Positions 62,060-64,000 of a stretch of 64,000 nucleotides of DNA are shown here, one piece after another. Origin of the DNA: Candidatus Multivorans sp. Its GTDB lineage: Bacteria; Acidobacteriota; Thermoanaerobaculia; Multivoradales; Multivoraceae. The stretch spans positions 3,264,001 through 3,328,000 of the forward strand of contig OZ251997.1 in assembly GCA_965247095.1 (NCBI GenBank), written 5' to 3'. A program made the translations under genes and the position numbers. How positions within the stretch are numbered: the first letter of the stretch is position 1; the number at the start of each line of letters is the position of its first letter. The notes under the pieces are model-generated. The model was not told where the DNA came from, searched no databases, and worked only from the letters and a program-made list of their open reading frames with translations.

Positions 62060-64000
62060 ATGAGTTGCTGCAGTAGCGCGACTTCCGAGGCGCTCGAGTT
62101 CCCGGCGCTTCTCCGTGTGGTGGCAGGTCTCGCAGTGACCGACGCCGGCCGGCGGCTGGTCTACGCCATCTCGCCGCGCACGGACCCTGACGAGATCGAG
62201 CTTCGGCGGGTCCGCTACGCCGAGATCGCCCGGGAGCGGGGGGAGGGGGGCGCCCTCGTACCGGTGCTCGATCGGGAGCTTCTGGATCTGCGGCGCCAGT
62301 TGCAGACCGGCGGGCGTCGGTTGGGCGGCGCCGCGCTGCTGGGCCTCGTGGCGGTGATCGAGGCCAGTGAGGAAGTCCTCGAGCGGCTGGGCGACCACGA
62401 AGAAACACCGCGGCTCGCGGCAGAAGTCGAGTCGCTGCGCGCCCTGGAGGCCGGCGCCACGGAAACCGACGTGACAGGCGAACCGATCGGTTGCGCCGCC
62501 CTGGCTGCGCGCCTGCGCCGCACCCTGGATCGCCGCGGCGCGGTGCGGGACGACGCGTCGCCCCGACTCAGAACGCTGGTGCAAGACGCCCGCCGTACCC
62601 AGGCCTCGGTTGAGACACAGGTTCACGCGTACGTCAGGGAGCACGGCGACAGGCTGGCCGACGACTCGACACCCATGCGCGGCGGCCGGTTCTCCGTGTT
62701 GCTGCCCTCCGGCAGCCGGGGTCGTCTCTCCGGCCTCGTGAGGGGTCGCTCCGCCTCGGGCCGCAGCTTCTACTTCGAGCCCTCGGAAGTGGTGGAGGGC
62801 AACGACGAGATGGAACGGATCGCCGCCGACAAGGAGATCGAGCGGGCCCGCATCCTCGCCGAGCTGGTTCGGCAGGTGCTGGAGTTGACCCCGGCGATCA
62901 TTGCCAGGATCGACTTCCTTGCCGCGGTCGACGCGCTGCAGGCGGTGGCGCACTTCGCGGCCCAGCTCGGCGCCGGGCTGGCCGGCATTGCACCGCCGGC
63001 GCCGGACGGTTCGGCGGCGGCGCTGGAACTCCGCGGCGCCCGCCATCCGCTTCTCGATCCGCGGCTCGCCGAAATGAGAGAGCGGACCCTTGGCGCCGCC
63101 GGCAACCGCGGCGAGGTGGTGCCGCTCGACCTGGCGCTTGACGACAATCGGACTTTGGTTCTGACCGGACCCAATGCCGGCGGCAAGACGGTGGCGCTCA
63201 AGACCGTCGGACTGCTCTGTCTGATGACCCAGGCGGGCTTGCCGGTGCCGGCCGCGCCCGACAGCCGGTTTCCGATCTTCGATCACCTCGTTGCCGTGGT
63301 CGGCGACGACCAGAGCGTCTTGGACGAACAGTCGACCTTCAGCGCCCGCCTGCTGCGTCTGCGGGAGGTGTGGCGCCGGGCCGGACCGCGCACCCTGGTG
63401 CTGCTCGATGAGGTCGGCGCCGGAACGAACCCTGAGGAGGGCGCCGCGCTTGGGATCGCGTTGCTCGAGGGGCTCGTCGAGAGTGCCTCGATGGGAGTCC
63501 TCACCACTCACCTGACCCAGCTTGCCGCCGCCGCCCTCGAGTCCCAGGCGGCCTCCTGCGCCGCGACGAGCTTCGACCCGGAGAGCGGCCTGCCGACCTA
63601 CCGGCTGGTGATCGGGCCGCCCGGCGGCAGCCGTGCCCTCGCGCTGGCGCGGCGCCTCGGCCTGCCGGCGGCCTGGCTGGAGCGCGCGGAGCACTTTCTC
63701 GGCTCCGAGCACCAGCAGTTGAGACGCGTCCTGGAGCGCAATGAACGGCGCCGGGAACGGTTACTCCACCGGGAAGCGGAACTGGCTCGGTTGACCGCCG
63801 CAACCGAGGCGGAGCGTGACCGCTTCGAGACCCGCCAGGCGTCGTTGCAAGCGGCTCAGGAGCGGCTGGGCCAGGCGGTCCGCCACGAAGTGGATGCCTT
63901 GCGCAGGGCGAATCGCCAGCGGTTGGATCAGGCCCTCGCCGAGTTGGCGTCGCAGCCCCGGCCGGGGAAGCGGGCCTTCGCACGGGCCGCCGGCGGCCTG
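62060..64000 (+). CDS. mutS2: MutS2 family endonuclease/ATPase (partial, runs off window end)
   Basis: ATG at 62060, ALEF, SASG.S.Y.EP, ARHPLL, TGPNAGGKTVALKT, Q....STFS, LLDEVG.GT.P.EG and TTH. Confidence 0.9.
   Translation, partial: MSCCSSATSEALEFPALLRVVAGLAVTDAGRRLVYAISPRTDPDEIELRRVRYAEIARERGEGGALVPVLDRELLDLRRQLQTGGRRLGGAALLGLVAVIEASEEVLERLGDHEETPRLAAEVESLRALEAGATETDVTGEPIGCAALAARLRRTLDRRGAVRDDASPRLRTLVQDARRTQASVETQVHAYVREHGDRLADDSTPMRGGRFSVLLPSGSRGRLSGLVRGRSASGRSFYFEPSEVVEGNDEMERIAADKEIERARILAELVRQVLELTPAIIARIDFLAAVDALQAVAHFAAQLGAGLAGIAPPAPDGSAAALELRGARHPLLDPRLAEMRERTLGAAGNRGEVVPLDLALDDNRTLVLTGPNAGGKTVALKTVGLLCLMTQAGLPVPAAPDSRFPIFDHLVAVVGDDQSVLDEQSTFSARLLRLREVWRRAGPRTLVLLDEVGAGTNPEEGAALGIALLEGLVESASMGVLTTHLTQLAAAALESQAASCAATSFDPESGLPTYRLVIGPPGGSRALALARRLGLPAAWLERAEHFLGSEHQQLRRVLERNERRRERLLHREAELARLTAATEAERDRFETRQASLQAAQERLGQAVRHEVDALRRANRQRLDQALAELASQPRPGKRAFARAAGGL

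Noticed and set aside
60828-63712. Minus-strand ORFs of 526 and 839 aa with WARRRLARG repeats
   Set aside because: Translation of the 23-bp VNTR and antisense shadow of rpsU/mutS2.

Overview
High-GC bacterial chromosome segment spanning the replication origin. The gene content and order look Acidobacteriota-like (inference only). Left arm, mostly minus strand: pyrF-pyrD-pyrK, a membrane alkaline-phosphatase-superfamily protein, IS1634 copy 1, bactofilin, parB-parA-rsmG with two parS sites, jag-yidC-yidD-rnpA-rpmH, two tRNA-Ser genes, tadA, SRP RNA-dnaX-ybaB-recR, a class III aminotransferase, IS1634 copy 2, DegT aminotransferase and mutY. Centre: dnaA-dnaN-gyrB-gyrA, fsa, M20 peptidase, CYTH protein, nucleotidyltransferase, thrA-asd-thrB-thrC, ruvAB and a PpiD/SurA protein. 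Right arm: mreBCD-mrdA-rodA-rng, a kinase/glycoside-hydrolase fusion with wzm-wzt, acyl-CoA ligase, yggS, a Zn-ribbon protein, tRNA(CAT), a lipoprotein, rpsU and partial mutS2. The most unusual signals are: (1) a polarised array of six 87-88 bp CCA-ending tRNA-Ser 3'-half repeats between tRNA-Ser(CGA) and rpmH-rnpA; (2) a covarying double-hairpin repeat present three times, once in frame inside gyrA; (3) a Kdo/WaaP-type kinase fused to an apparently inactive clan GH-A barrel next to a glycan ABC exporter; (4) several smaller repeat features. All calls come from reading the sequence and ORF track by eye; no database searches were run and some start codons are approximate.
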